NCBI GenBank assembly: GCA_040954595.2 | Contig: CM082590.2 | Coordinates: 3,100,001 to 3,164,000, forward strand | DNA: 64,000 bases | DNA from: Balanoglossus misakiensis | Taxonomy: Eukaryota > Animalia > Hemichordata | Direction of reading: 5' to 3' | Shown here: positions 49,719 to 61,870 of the stretch, piece after piece | Layout: the number at the start of each line of letters is the position of its first letter | Position numbering within the stretch: the first letter of the stretch is position 1 | Notes under the pieces: model-generated | What the model was told of the DNA's origin: nothing | The model's input: the letters and a program-made list of their open reading frames with translations, nothing else | Databases searched by the model: none | Translations under genes and position numbers: made by a program

Positions 49719-51434
49719 ATGATAAACCTGGGGGTTTTATGTGGGAGCAACAGCCTATAAAATCCCATGGGGTTTTCTTTGGATACGATCGACTGAAATG
49801 TCTACTTTTGAAATGGGAAAAGAAAATTGAAAGGCTTAAAAGCGTGCTCAACATCTGGTCACGACGTAAGCTGAGCCTTTATGGCAAAATTACGGTTTTA
49901 AAGTCTTTGGCACTGCCCACAATTTACTACCTTATGCTTAATCTTGGTGCTTTTGAAACGTGGCTCACGAATATCAACCGTCTTATTTTCAAATTTCTGT
50001 GGAATGACAAGCCAGACAAAATCAAAAGGCTCACACTCATTGCCCCTTATGATTGCGGGGGACTAAACATGCCTGACATTTTTGCCATCCATGACGCCTT
50101 TTGTTCATCATGGGTTCGTAGATTATGTGACAATTCCTCTGCCAAATGGAAGGCCTTGCCACTGCATTGGCTCGGGCACTATGGTCCAGATTTTCTTATT
50201 TTTCATTTCAATTTTAGCAACATTTCCTGTTTCCCATTTCTCGAGAGAATTCCCTTTTTCTATAAACAAGTAATTTCAGCTTGGCATAGTGCAAAAGGTG
50301 GTTGCGTCACTTTCTCCAAACTCAGTAATTTAGATGTGCGTAATCAAATTATCTGGGGTAATGTCAACATTTCAGATAATGGTAAGACTCTTTTTTTCCC
50401 TGGTTGGATTCACTCAAATATTATCTATGTCCAGGACATTGTCGATACCAACGGCGATTTTCTTCCACCTACACTGTTGTTACAAAAACTCGAGAATAAG
50501 TCAAATTGGATAGTTGAATGGATGAAGTTGCGGAATCTTATTCCCAGAGAATGGAAGTCTGTGTTGAAAGGTACTCAGTTGCATCAGATGCGTAGAGAAA
50601 AGAATTTTCTTCATGTCAATGGAAAAGTTTTTGTTTTACCTAATGATCTGTCTCGCCTTACTTCAAAATTTTTTACAGTATTTTTGTGCAAAATCGTTTT
50701 ATTCGTCCATATTGTGAAAATACATGGAATCGTCGTTTGACCATGACTACTCCACTACAGTGGAGAACTATATGGGTTAACCAAACGACTGGATTGTGTT
50801 GTGATAGGAAACTTGCTGAATTTAACTTTAAGATTATGCATAACATTTTGCCATGTGGCATCAATCTTTTAAGATGGAAAATTAGTAAAAATGATCTATG
50901 TTGTCTTTGAAATGTAACTGATGCTTATGAGCATCTATTTTTAAAATGTCAACGTTTAGGGGATTTTTGGCAGCGTTTATCTGCTTTGCTCAGCAAACTT
51001 GGCATATGTCATGAGGTCGACTTAGAAACTATTATTCTTGGTAACAAAACTATGTACAGTCATCCTCTTTATAGATTTGTAAACATTGTCATTACTATTG
51101 CAAAGTATTGTGTATTCGCTTCATGGGTCCATTTACAACATGATATTAACAGCATTAGAGCAAAAACCAATTTCGATATATTTTACAGATATCTACAATT
51201 TATGCACCAAATACTCAAAAGGAATAATAATCTAGATTTCACCCATTATTGGAAGAAAATCCTTGCTTCCGTCTGAGATGTAATTATTTTGTTAAACAAA
51301 TGTACCTGGTGAATCTCTTTTTATATAGTATTATTTTTTATTTATTTATTTATTTATTTATTTCATCAAAACACGATTTATCTTTATGATACATGTAAGA
51401 TTAAATGAATGGAAATAAAAAAAAAAAAAAAAAA
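49719..51434 (+). mobile_element. 5'-truncated Tx1/L1-clade non-LTR retrotransposon with poly(A) and 14-bp TSD
   Basis: TSD ATGAACAGTATCAT at 49705-49718 and 51435-51448. AATAAA at 51414 plus an A-tail. ORF2 C-terminus WSRRKLSLYGKITVLKSLA..GGLNMPD..HNILP..EHLFLKC. Frameshift near 50690 and stop at 50908-50910. Confidence 0.92.
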
Positions 51435-51448
51435 ATGAACAGTATCAT

Positions 51449-53470
51449 TGAATTTTTTCTCCGTAAATGTACAGGCTTTACTCACAGGTGCACTCAAACC
51501 TGTACCAGTATTTTTTGAGATAGATCTGTCAACCATGATTTTAGTATTATTTCCACAAGGAAAATTGGCCAAAATTTTATTCATTTCAGAGTCTACTGTA
51601 TTTTGTGAACAAAAGCCACTGTTTAATTCCTGACACCGTTCAAATGAATTCTTTGCATTTTCACTCACCAGACTATCTTTTCTTTTAATTAACTGCCTGT
51701 TAAGAAGCAAATCATAATGGCCTGGTTGACCTGGCCTGTCTGGTGTGTACAAGAGACAGACAGGCTCAGTCTTGGAGAACACATCACCATCACCTCTTGC
51801 AAATATATCATTCTGCTTGGTGTATATATGTCCTTCAAAGTATATATGATTGGCACGCATTATGTCTACTGTATCTGCTCTTAACTTGTCTGTGAATATT
51901 TTCTCTCGGTCAGCTAAAATTGGGTCAGAAGGGAGTCCATTAAGTAGACGATCACAATTTCGTAATGCAAAATCATTTCTCACAGAGATGCTCCTGAAAA
52001 AGCACCTTCCATCACCATAAATGTTGATTAGCTGAAAATCTTTGACAGTTGAATGTTTGTCATGACTGCCAAAAACAATATCATCAATACTGTTCAGAAT
52101 TGACTTTGATTTTGGTTGGACCATTCGATAAGAAGTACCGTGGAAACCTCTGTCCTTTGGATCAGCTCTAACAGCTGCATATTTAGCTGATTTATCAATA
52201 TTGTCAATGGAAGTTAAACAAAATGCATTATTTGCAATATTTTCCTCTGTGAAATCAGCTGATGTTCTTTTGTTGATCACTCCCAACATGTATCTATGCA
52301 ATGTATCTCCAGAACAAATAATACCAAATCAATTTAGAATTTTCACTAGAGTAGATGACTTACTATAACCTTCAACAATGTCAGCCAGGTAAGTATGCAA
52401 TGGGTAAGTACAATGATCAGAACAAATGAACAATAGCATACACACAAAAGAAACGCCTGAGGAATCATGCTCTACTCTCCATAGAGTGCCGGTCATAAAA
52501 TCCATAGTTGTGTTTATTCCATACAAAGTTGGAGCTTTTTAATTTATTGCGTTCACTGTTGTTCAACGTTAAATATACAACAGTGTTCCATAACATAGGG
52601 TCAACCTCACTGACAATATATTCAACATCAAGTGTACTCAGATCAACATTGTTTGTTTTGCAGTAATTACTGAATTCTTGAGATTGCTGATAAATGCTGG
52701 CATTTAATTTCACAGCCACCAAATCAAGCATTTTGAAAAAGTCAACGTCAACTTTACTCAAGTCTCTTACTTGCTTTTCAAGCCTCTCTATCTGTTTCTC
52801 AGCTTGCACAACATACTGAGGATGTTCGACAAGTGCATTTTGGAGGGCAATAGTGAGATCTGAACCTGTTCGGTACAAAAAGGTGGAGAACTTTCTACTC
52901 ACTTTTGATACAACAGAAAGGTGAATTGGAAAATACACACATAGCAATTCCCGAATAAGCCAGCTATTAGGTTTTCTGTGGAATTCCACTCGTTGTAACT
53001 TGACATTGGGTCGCAAAGTCTGATATTCATTGTCTAAACAATCATTGAAATATTGCCTGACATCAAACAATAGAATGGCATGTTTTCTGAGGAGCACTTC
53101 TCCTAAAAAGACAACAGTTTTCCAGCATGCAAAATTCACCAAGTCGTCGTCACAGCTGCATCCTTTATTGTAGCATTGTGACATATTTTTTAATTTCTTC
53201 AGCAAGTGCTATATCACTCGACATAATTAAGCCTTGTTGAATACTACACCTGGCTTTTTCCGCTAAAGCAACAAATGTTTTATAACATTTCAAACAAATC
53301 AGGCTGTCTTGAGTAAGGGCAAATGGTGTGTTAGTTTGTTGGTGAAATGTTTGCACCATTTCAAAATCAGGGATTTTAAACAAATTGTTTGCCCGTGATA
53401 AGCACGAAGTACACAAGGGATGGCTTTTTCTCATAGCAAGGATGTAGTGACGTTGACACAGTGGAAATGA
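51449..53470 (-). pseudogene. Academ protein N-terminal part with an OTU-like protease insert, frameshifted
   Basis: CTSC..CLKC Zn-finger-like pairs; SIDNIDK (likely first catalytic Asp region); IYGDGRCFFRSIS...GHYDLL. Confidence 0.75.
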
Positions 53471-54366
53471 TGAAACATCCTTTAAAACCTGAGTTGTCTA
53501 TACTCAATTTTGTACACAGTCCTCCTCGCCTGAAATCAGCTCTATAATGTCGCGTAAAAAATGGCCTATTTTGCGACCCTTCAGCGGGGCCCACTCTAAC
53601 AGCTACATGGTTTGAAGTACTTTCCCTCATTAACATATGTTAATGAGTACCGTGCGATCTGACTGTACAGACAGAATAACACACATCGAGAGATTAACAG
53701 GCAAACACTGGCTGACCCATAAGCGGCCAATGGCATGTGTACTGTACACACAGCAAATGGTCTCTTTAACAGATAGCCAGTTATGTAAACATGCAGTTAC
53801 CAATCACTGTTATTATTGACAAATTGCATCCAAGTCCAGACACAGGCTTGAATACAATGTTTAAACAATAACAACATTGCTTACCCAGCTTCACCGAGCT
53901 GAAATGATCGTTGACAACCAGAATAATACTGAATAAAAATTCAAAAATTACAGATACAGGACCTTTCGTTGCCCACATATTATATTACCGTGGTCTGTGC
54001 GTCGCATTTTAATTGGTCAAGATGAACGACATCACTGACCACAAATACCCAGTAATGGTTTGTTTACATGCCCGTAAATCTGAATAGTAATATTAGCAAA
54101 CAGTTCAGTGAACACAACATTTTGCATAACACAAGTTCCGGGGCCCCAAGTCTTGTGTGTGGGACATTTTCAGAAATATTGACGGTTTTCTTGAGATTGT
54201 TGGTAATGTAATGGAAATAAATGCAGGGCTCGGGCTCTAGCTAAGCTAAAATTAATGGGCTCGGAAGCCTCGCCCATGAATTTTTGGCTTTCCCCTCGCC
54301 CTTGCCCATAAACAAACATTAATGGTCATGGCGTCGTGCATTATTTCTATATTGTGTTGATCTTAC

Positions 54367-54483
54367 CTGTACACTCTCCATTGACCAATCAATATTCCAC
54401 AGCACAAGTGAAATAAAAAGAGCCTGCTGTATTCACACACTGGCCTTCACAAAGATCTGCTCTCTCCATATATTCATTGACAT
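54367..54483 (-). pseudogene. Calcium-binding EGF exon 2 (phase 1-1; two Cys lost, TGA stop)
   Basis: tttcag|AT GTC AAT GAA TAT...ACA G|gtaag, reading (D)VNEYMERADLCEGQCVNTAGSFYFTCAVEY*LVNGECT. TGA at 54389-54391. Confidence 0.85.
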
Positions 54484-55738
54484 CTGAAATCAAAGATAGT
54501 TATTATTATTTATTTATTTTATTATTATTTATTTCCTAACAAATGTAATACACATACATCTTCTACAGAAAATAATAAAATTAGAAAACAAGTGAAAGCT
54601 TAAAGGATAAAAAATTACACTTAAAAACCCCAAACAAACAGAAACAGTTCTGAAAGACAATCCCTATAAACCAAAAAAGCAATGGAATGAAATAGTGCTG
54701 AATAAAAAGACGAGTCTTTAAACCCCTTTGAAAACTGTCAATAGATCCAGCATTGTGGATAGAAGGTGCACAAACACTGAATCCTATTTAGCCATATGCC
54801 TTGTCAGTGTTCAAAATTCATAGGAAATATCAAGCAGTCATTGTTTCTTTTAATTGCAATACATGAACCTGGGAAAGTCTAAAAGATGCCATGATACCAC
54901 TAGTCAACTCCCACGCTAAATTCAACCTGTCTGTCGGACTGGTAACATTTTATTTTTACCAGTCCTACAGAAAAACAACCAGTCTCGGACTGTCGGACAG
55001 GCTTTATTTCGTACACTGGCCTTGTTAAGTTTTGAAATGCTCATTCATGGTGATGAGTTATCAAGAATATACCCGTTAAAAATTACTGTACCCTCAGAGA
55101 AGCATTTTGTAATGTCTTTAAAATGAGATGAAAACTATATGAATTTTCTAAGTGTATATTTATTCTTTGCAGAGGTAATTTATTTAGCTATAGGTTGATA
55201 ATTTATGCTAATTTCATTAAATTATGCAAATAAGTAGTGAAAATACTTGTACATGAATATATCAGACAGTCTTATAGTATCGTGTGAGGTTGATGACACA
55301 TATTCTTAACCACATATTTCTTGATCAATTAATTGTTTTTACACCAAAGTCCTCAATATCCATGGCGATCCCTTTCTAGGAATTTTAACACTCTCTATCA
55401 TTCTCATTTTAACAAAATCCCCTGAAACTTGTGTACCCTGTCAGCAAAACTTTGTCTGATTTTTAAAATACAGATTACTTTTTCTCCCTTGCAAACAAAT
55501 TTTCAAAGATAAGTTTTCACATTTGTTAATTTGTTTATATTATGCATAATTATAATTGGAAAAATTCTGAGATACAATTTCAACAAACATGTGTTCAGTA
55601 CGAGTGTGCGGTTGATTTCAAATTTTAAAATGTGTGCAATGGACAGACAGGATGTGTGTTTAGCTGATTGTAACCGTAGCAATATACAATCCCCAAACAA
55701 TGTAGCCACAGAAGATATCAATATCCACAGTTACATAC

Positions 55739-55861
55739 CGGCACATGCATGGCCATCCTCCAGCAGATAGAATCCTGGTCTGCAAGTGCAGAGATAACTA
55801 CCATGGGTATTCTGACAATAGTGTTGACATGCATATCCACCACTGTGACATTCATTCATAT
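55739..55861 (-). pseudogene. Calcium-binding EGF exon 1 (phase 1-1, intact)
   Basis: ctccag|AT ATG AAT GAA TGT...GCC G|gtatgt, reading (D)MNECHSGGYACQHYCQNTHGSYLCTCRPGFYLLEDGHACA. Confidence 0.9.
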
Positions 55862-56111
55862 CTGGAGGGTAAGAAGAAATTAGAAATTATTTACAAGCAT
55901 TGAATTCACTTTAATTCCTTGGATTAAAAATACAGAAAAAATAGCCAACAGCTACTACAGCTAACTTAGCAAAAATGTCGACAAAATTTTACAGTGACAC
56001 TGGCGTACTCTGCCACTGATATGAGGATATAAGAAAGGGAACTGGAATATTTTTTCCTCTGTATAATCAAATTAACAGTAAATGACTGCCATGGCAACAT
56101 AACAGATGTTA

Positions 56112-56445
56112 CAGTCAAACCCGTGTTAGGTGCCACCTCTATATAGTGGCTACTCTGTTACAGTCCATATACATTGTGTTAGGTATTGGTATTTACTGTT
56201 ATGTATAAATTTGCAGTGTACGAGGCTGAACGAGTGAGCATGTGCAGTTGGCAATAAAAAAAACAGCATGGCTGTCTAGTTTGTACACACATGTCCTGTG
56301 TCGTCTAATCACTCTGGTATAAGCCCACAATAATATAGCAATATATTACACATTGCACATTAAATGACCTGACTGTAGAGGCCACCTTTCTATAAAGGCC
56401 AGTTAGGAAAGTCCCCTGTCTGGCCAGTATAGACAGGTTTGACTG
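56112..56445. mobile_element. Tc1/mariner-pogo-type MITE next to a splice donor
   Basis: TA|CAGTCAAACC...GGTTTGACTG|TA. Confidence 0.75.
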
Positions 56446-56452
56446 TACCTAC

Positions 56453-56636
56453 CTCTTTGTGGCTGTGAATCTGTACCTGGCCATCTCTCCTGTGGCTGTG
56501 AGTTGATAGAATTCACAGCAGCAATTGGTGGCATCTTACTGAACTGACTAGCATTTGCCATTTGCATGACACCCTCTGTGGCTTTCAGTGCAGCAGCTGG
56601 TGCCTGCTGGGAAGTCATCTTTGGAGGTGAAGTTGC
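56453..56636 (-). pseudogene. MED25: MED25-like exon (SD1/low-complexity region), phase 0 to 1
   Basis: gacag|GCA ACT TCA...AGA G|gtaggt, reading ATSPPKMTSQQAPAAALKATEGVMQMANASQFSKMPP.. Weak resemblance to MED25 SAAQVAAQNAVEAA; assigned mainly by position. Confidence 0.55.
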
Positions 56637-57062
56637 CTGTCCAAAAAGATTAACAAACCTAGTTAATATGGAGCATTATCAAGGCCAGTATTCAAAACCC
56701 CATTTTTAATTCATGACTGCAATTTTTGATTCGATGTTGAGCTTGCAACTCTCAAAGTCCTATTTTCAACACACATTTGGATGGGATTGAGTTTTAGGGC
56801 TTATCAACATTAATCACATTAAAAATTGAATTTGATTACTGAGTCTGTGGCATTATCCAAAAAAGTCTTAGCATTTACAGAGTGGGTTTCTAGCAACCAA
56901 AACAGAAGTTTTGAATTTGTTTTGAAACAATAGTCAACTGTAAAGATAATGGTTAGACAAGGCTATGTGAAACAGTCATAAAAAGCTTTCAATTCACAGG
57001 ATGGGTAACTAGAAACGGCTATTTTATTATATAATAAAGTAGAAGGTAGACCACAACTGTAC

Positions 57063-57324
57063 CTGGGTGATGAAAATTGTCTCAATGGGATAAATGAAAC
57101 AGTCACATTGGGTTGTTGTGTCCTGTTTGCTGTGACAGCGGATACTGGTTGGTTGGGTAAACTGGTAGGCTGACCAAAAGGCATTGATGACCTTTGACCT
57201 TGGCCCTGCATCTGGGGCTGACTTGGTTGAGTCAATTACTGTTGAGAGGATGACAGTTGTTGTGGAGACTGACTTCCAATTTGACTTGGTTGTCCAAGTG
57301 ACAGATGACTTGTTGGTGCGGCAC
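57063..57324 (-). pseudogene. MED25: Q/P/S-rich exon with a nonsense codon, MED25 linker region
   Basis: ctacag|GT GCC GCA...CCC AG|gtacag, with TAA at 57236-57238. The exit phase does not match the next exon (probable indel). Confidence 0.55.
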
Positions 57325-57644
57325 CTGTAGTAAAAATATTTAGTTGATTTATTTATATACTGTAAAACGGGAAATTTCTGTGACAGGAAATGTTTGCAAT
57401 ATCAATAGAGACAACTGTTATGCTACACTTAAATTTTGCTTTCTTATATTTCACTAACTGCACCAATATCCCTGAAAAACATTTTTACGTGACTTTTAAT
57501 TTGCATTTTTTGGTTCTCGCGAAGTTCACAATAATTTCCTGTTTGACAGTAATTCATCTATTGCAAACAAAGAAAATATGTCTACCTAGGATAGAATGAC
57601 TGGAACAGGTGCAGATCACTAGTATACAAAGCCAGTTCCTCCAA

Positions 57645-57787
57645 AACAATGAGAGGTAAAGTGCTGCGCTCAAGGGCACAATATCGCGGTCATGAAGTCA
57701 CCATCCTCAAAACCCACGGCCATGTCCAGGTCTGGTTCTTGAACCCACAACCCTGTGCCCTCACCACAAGGCCATGATGTCTCCTCA
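57645..57787 (-). mobile_element. tRNA-derived SINE relic
   Basis: A-box TGGCCTTGTGG, B-box GGTTCAAGAACC, followed by CORE-like TGTGCCCTTGAGCGCAGCACTTTACCTC. Confidence 0.6.
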
Positions 57788-57836
57788 AACTCTCCTCAAA
57801 AGTCTCCTGCTTTAGTCTAATCATTGTTAGAAATAC

Positions 57837-57919
57837 TTTCTGCTTTGACCTTTTACATGAAGGATTTGATGCATACACACAGGCCAGTTGACAAGGAAAG
57901 CCTCTCAACATTGGTAAAA
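57837..57919 (-). pseudogene. MED25: Possible degenerate MED25 VWA exon (internally deleted)
   Basis: atgcag|T TTT ACC AAT GTT GAG AGG, then FPCQLACV in another frame, loosely like QTHRV..SPPYLLPAV. Phase 2 fits the preceding exon. Confidence 0.35.
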
Positions 57920-58806
57920 CTGCATAATAATGATACATTGTAATTGAATATATTTGTGAACAAAAACAATCATGGCCTTTACACTATTAGCTACAACATC
58001 TAACCCTCAAACCAATCTGATGAAAATATTTTTTGACCCAAAAATGGAGTAGAACAATTTGCATCTTTTATAGAACAGAAAAACAACAGTTCATAAAAAC
58101 AATGAAAGTGTCCTTTTGATATCCTATGGCAAAATCTTTTCTTGGTCCCATCAAAGTTATAACTGCCTTTTTTATTTGAAAATTTGACAAAAAAGCCAGA
58201 GCGAATAATAATATGTGATGTGTAATAAATATTAATAAATATATTACTACCATTTTATGGAAGTACCCATTTAGAGTAATGAAAACTTTAACAAACCACA
58301 AAAAAGGTTTTGTACATCACCACAATAGGATGAATTGGTTGTAAATGGTCATGTAAACATGTTGTATATTTGTCCTGTGAACTTTAGAATCTGGATTGTA
58401 TGATTTCAAATATTTGCTCAGCAACAGATACCCAAGCCGTCACGCAGTTACACCCATTGGAAAATGGTATCACCCACACCAAGGTGGATGGAAGTTGGTC
58501 CTGGCGCTTTTTTTCCCATGATTCAAATTACAGTTAAGGCCATATTATAAATTCTGCCAACTTTCCCTCGATTTTGTAAAATACCTGACGTCTTATACTT
58601 GACGAATATGTTTTTTTTTTCTGAAAGAGTGACCTCAAAGCTACCAAATTATGTAGAAATCAGCTGGACCGGATTTCCCCTTTGAAAACAGTAAAACACA
58701 GGTGCAAGCTTTCTTTTATTATGGGTATGGCAGAGAAAGCTTTTGACTGCTGTCAAAATTCTCTGGCAAACACAGAAGGATTATGAAACTGAAAATGTTG
58801 ATAATA

Positions 58807-59332
58807 CAGTGAAACCTGTCAATACAGACATCTCTCTAATCAGGACAGATTGTTCAAGACAAAAGTAATGGCTTGAATAGAATATTACATGCACATTTCT
58901 ATTAAGGACACCTCTCTTTTAAAGGGACAAAGTCTCTCTCTCGCTGCCCTTTTTTCCATTAATAATGTTTGATACAAGACACTGTTTATGTTAATGTACA
59001 TGTGTATATGTAGTGAATGAACATTCAACCATACACAACTTCCATCCCGCGTGTATGATATGGGAGTAAAAACTCACCCAAAACGAATAAATGGTAGAGA
59101 CTGATTATTCATTTTGGCGATTTTTTTCACTCTCATGTCCACAAGCAGGATGGACTTTGTGTGTGGTTGAATATTGATTCACCATATATCCACATGTAGA
59201 AAAAACATAAATGGTGTCTTGTATCAAATATAATTAATGGAATAAGGGGCAGCGAGCGAGAGAGAGAGCCTGTATCCCTTAAAGGACATGTTGTGTGATC
59301 CCAGAGGTGCCCTTACTTGGCAGGTTTCAATG
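58807..59332. mobile_element. CAGT-type MITE containing a ~360-bp foldback element (58921-59282)
   Basis: TA|CAGTGAAACCTG...CAGGTTTCAATG|TA. Internal long inverted arms (CTCTCGCTGCCCC..TTTGATACAAGACAC / GTGTCTTGTATCAAA..GGGGCAGCGAG). Confidence 0.75.
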
Positions 59333-59480
59333 TACTTCGCACATCAGTTGTACTCCACTGTCGGTATCGAATCATTTCCTGGTTGACATGGTGAGCTTTA
59401 CATAAACAGATAAACCACCTCAAAAAGTGGGGCCCATAATTAGAGAATGGTCTTTAACCTCACAATTTTACCATAATTAC

Positions 59481-59579
59481 CTTGAAAATCGCAAAGTCTT
59501 CATATCGTCAAATAACTGCAATGCAGTACTCAGACCTTCAGAAATCATACCGTATTTCTCACCTGCTCCTGACAAAAAT
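59481..59579 (-). pseudogene. MED25: MED25 von Willebrand A domain exon (99 bp, phase 2-2)
   Basis: atttcag|A TTT TTG TCA...TCA AG|gtaatt, reading [32 protein letters not shown]. This matches MED25 [30 protein letters not shown] as recalled. Confidence 0.9.
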
Positions 59580-59743
59580 CTGAAATACAACACAGTACAA
59601 TTATTTAACAAAAGGTGTATGTAAACAATGTCTACTCTGATTGTAGACAGATTTGATTAAACATTTTATGAAACATTTAAAGGTAGGAACCTCTAATAAA
59701 AGCCAGTGAGTCAAAGGACAAAACTGAGACTTTGTCCCTTTAA

Positions 59744-59828
59744 TCCTTTCACCCCCAGTTCCTTCTATACAGGTCGAACCTTTTCATAGATAACAATGGG
59801 TTTAGACTGAACCTTGGTTGTGAAAGGG
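59744..59828. mobile_element. Tiny piggyBac-type MITE
   Basis: TTAA|TCCTTTCAC...GTGAAAGGG|TTAA. A related right half lies at ~30775-30833. Confidence 0.65.
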
Positions 59829-60817
59829 TTAATGGGCTTCAATAATGAGTTTTCTTTAAAATAAGAGGGTGTTACTTAAGGGTTATTACACTAAGTTTGG
59901 TCGATAACGCGTCATATTTGAGTGATAGTATGCCAAACTTGCATGGTATGTACAGCGTGATTACTGCACACAAACATCCCTCTGCAATACACAAACACCA
60001 TCCAACTTAAAATCAAATGCCTAACAAGTAGCTATTTGATATTTTGTGAATCGGTTTTATTCTATTCATATTATATTATTTTATATGTGATGTTGATTAA
60101 CTTGCATTTTTGTCAGAATAGAGTGGTATACATACAAGGTCTTTCTAATGTCAGGTGTCTATAAAAAGATAAGCCTGTTGCATCATTGTATAAGTGGTAT
60201 AAGTCCATGGTGCCAGTAAGAATTGGGGTAGGTCTTGTAATTGGAACAGTGCATGGGGGGGGGGGCTGTTATGTGCACAGTATATGTTGTTGCAGACATT
60301 TGAATGAAATATGAAATAGCAAGAAATTGTGGGTGCATTTGTGCGACTCAATTTGTTACTATTATTTTGCAGAAGCTGAGAAAACACGCCAGTGCTGTGT
60401 ACACACCTGTGCATCAAAAGGCTTCTCTGAGGATAGTCATTACACGCCCAAACGAGGGTAAATCATTCCCAGGGCAAACTATGTAAGTGTCAGTTCTTCA
60501 TGTAAGCACGCCATCGCTCACACTTCTGCATCCCCCCAGTCCACGTCAGTATATACATGCATAATACACCCCTTCTCTTTAGTACCTCATGTTATCCCAT
60601 GCTTGCATTTTAATACACAGTTTAATTATGTAAATTTGTTGCTATTAACAGGGAAACATTTTTTTTTCTCAATGAATTTGTTGACATAGGTCATGTTTAT
60701 TCTGAATGCAATCATTTAGCCTTCTCTTTGTAAGTAAGTGGGGATTGAATTTTGTGAGTACTAAATGACTTTCACACCAATGTAATAATTATTGGTACTC
60801 TTTTTAATTTCAATCAG

Positions 60818-61557
60818 GTGATTCTAGACGAGGGCGAGCCTCTGCCACTGCAATATGAACGGCTTTCCAACTCCAACGTAGCGATTCCATCTGCCTGGTT
60901 GAGCATAACTTTAGGTAGATGCAAGAACAAGCCGCCATCTTACGTCATAAAAAAGCTGATGGATGGGTTGTTTGAACCCGAACAACTGAGCGGGAAGAAT
61001 AGCAGCGCATTTATTGGAACACCCTACCAGCATGTTGTAACGGCACTGACTTGTAAGTAAAATGTTTCTTTAAAATGTCGAAATGATTGTATTCTATGAT
61101 AATGACATTTTTTGCATGTCCCTGGAGTGAAATTCTTTGATTGGCTATCCCATATTCACTGGATTCAAAATAAATATCATTATAAAGGTGCATCTCATCC
61201 TTATACATTTCATTTTATTTGTTCTGACCATCTACTACAAATACACTCGATGAAATTTATCAGTTAGGTCAACAGTTTTTGTACCTGAATGATATTAAGT
61301 TTTTTTCCTGAATTTTAGTTGAATTGTGTGACTTCCGGTTGGTGGAAATTACTCGTATTGGGCAACTGCATATGTAACAATTATGCTTGGCAATCTTCTC
61401 CTTATTACTGCATGGTGTAACTGATATGTGTTTATTCTTCTCTTTTTCAGTATTTGGTGTCAACAAACTGAAGATGTCAACAAAAGAGCTGATCCATGCA
61501 TTCAATGCGAAATGCGCCACATGCAAACGGGCTGTCTTAAATAAAAACAGAGTGTAG
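60818..61557 (+). CDS. Spliced C-terminal BEN-domain coding fragment (exons ~60818-61052 and 61451-61557; possible upstream exon ~60373-60457)
   Basis: ACT T|gtaagt..tttttcag|TA TTT joins in phase 1: SYVIKKLMDGLFEPEQLSGKNS..HVVTALTLFGVNKLKMSTKELIHAFNAKCATCKR..*. This fits the BEN pattern L..LF..E.L..S and N.KC. No start exon was found. Confidence 0.65.
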
Positions 61558-61870
61558 TAGAGTAGGAAGTTTGTAGTGTAGTTTTTTATATTGGAAAAAA
61601 ATTGTAGAGTAGCAAGTTTGTAGTGTAGTTTTTTTTATATTGAAAAAAAATTAGAGTAGCAAGTTGTTTGTAGTGTAGTTTTTTATATTGGAAAAAAATT
61701 GTAGAGTAGCAAGTTTGTAGTGTAGTTTTTTTTATATTGAAAAAAAATTAGAGTAGCAAGTTGTTTGTAGTGTAGTTTTTTATATTGGAAAAACATTTTT
61801 TGCAGAGGAGCAAGTTGTGGTGTTTATATTTGTAGTGTAGCTTTTTTATTTTTTGAAAACCAATTTTTGT
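61558..61870 (+). repeat. ~58-61-bp tandem repeat (dimeric ~119 bp) right after the BEN stop codon
   Basis: TAGAGTAGCAAGTT(GTT)TGTAGTGTAGTTTTTTATATTG repeated ~5 times. Confidence 0.85.

Larger units (their letters stand above)
34760..53665 (-). mobile_element. Academ (AcademX-type) DNA transposon, decayed, with nested insertions
   Basis: TIRs CAGTCAGATCGCACGGTGCTCATTTGCATATG (34760-) and CATATGTTAATGAGTACCGTGCGATCTGACTG (-53665). 4-bp TSD TACA at 34756-34759 and 53666-53669. Encoded domain order is transposase, XPG-like nuclease, Cys cluster. Confidence 0.85.

Noticed and set aside
27722-59579. The functional MED25 gene
   Set aside because: In-frame stops, a phase mismatch, missing VWA and ACID exons, and foreign EGF exons indicate a non-functional duplicate.
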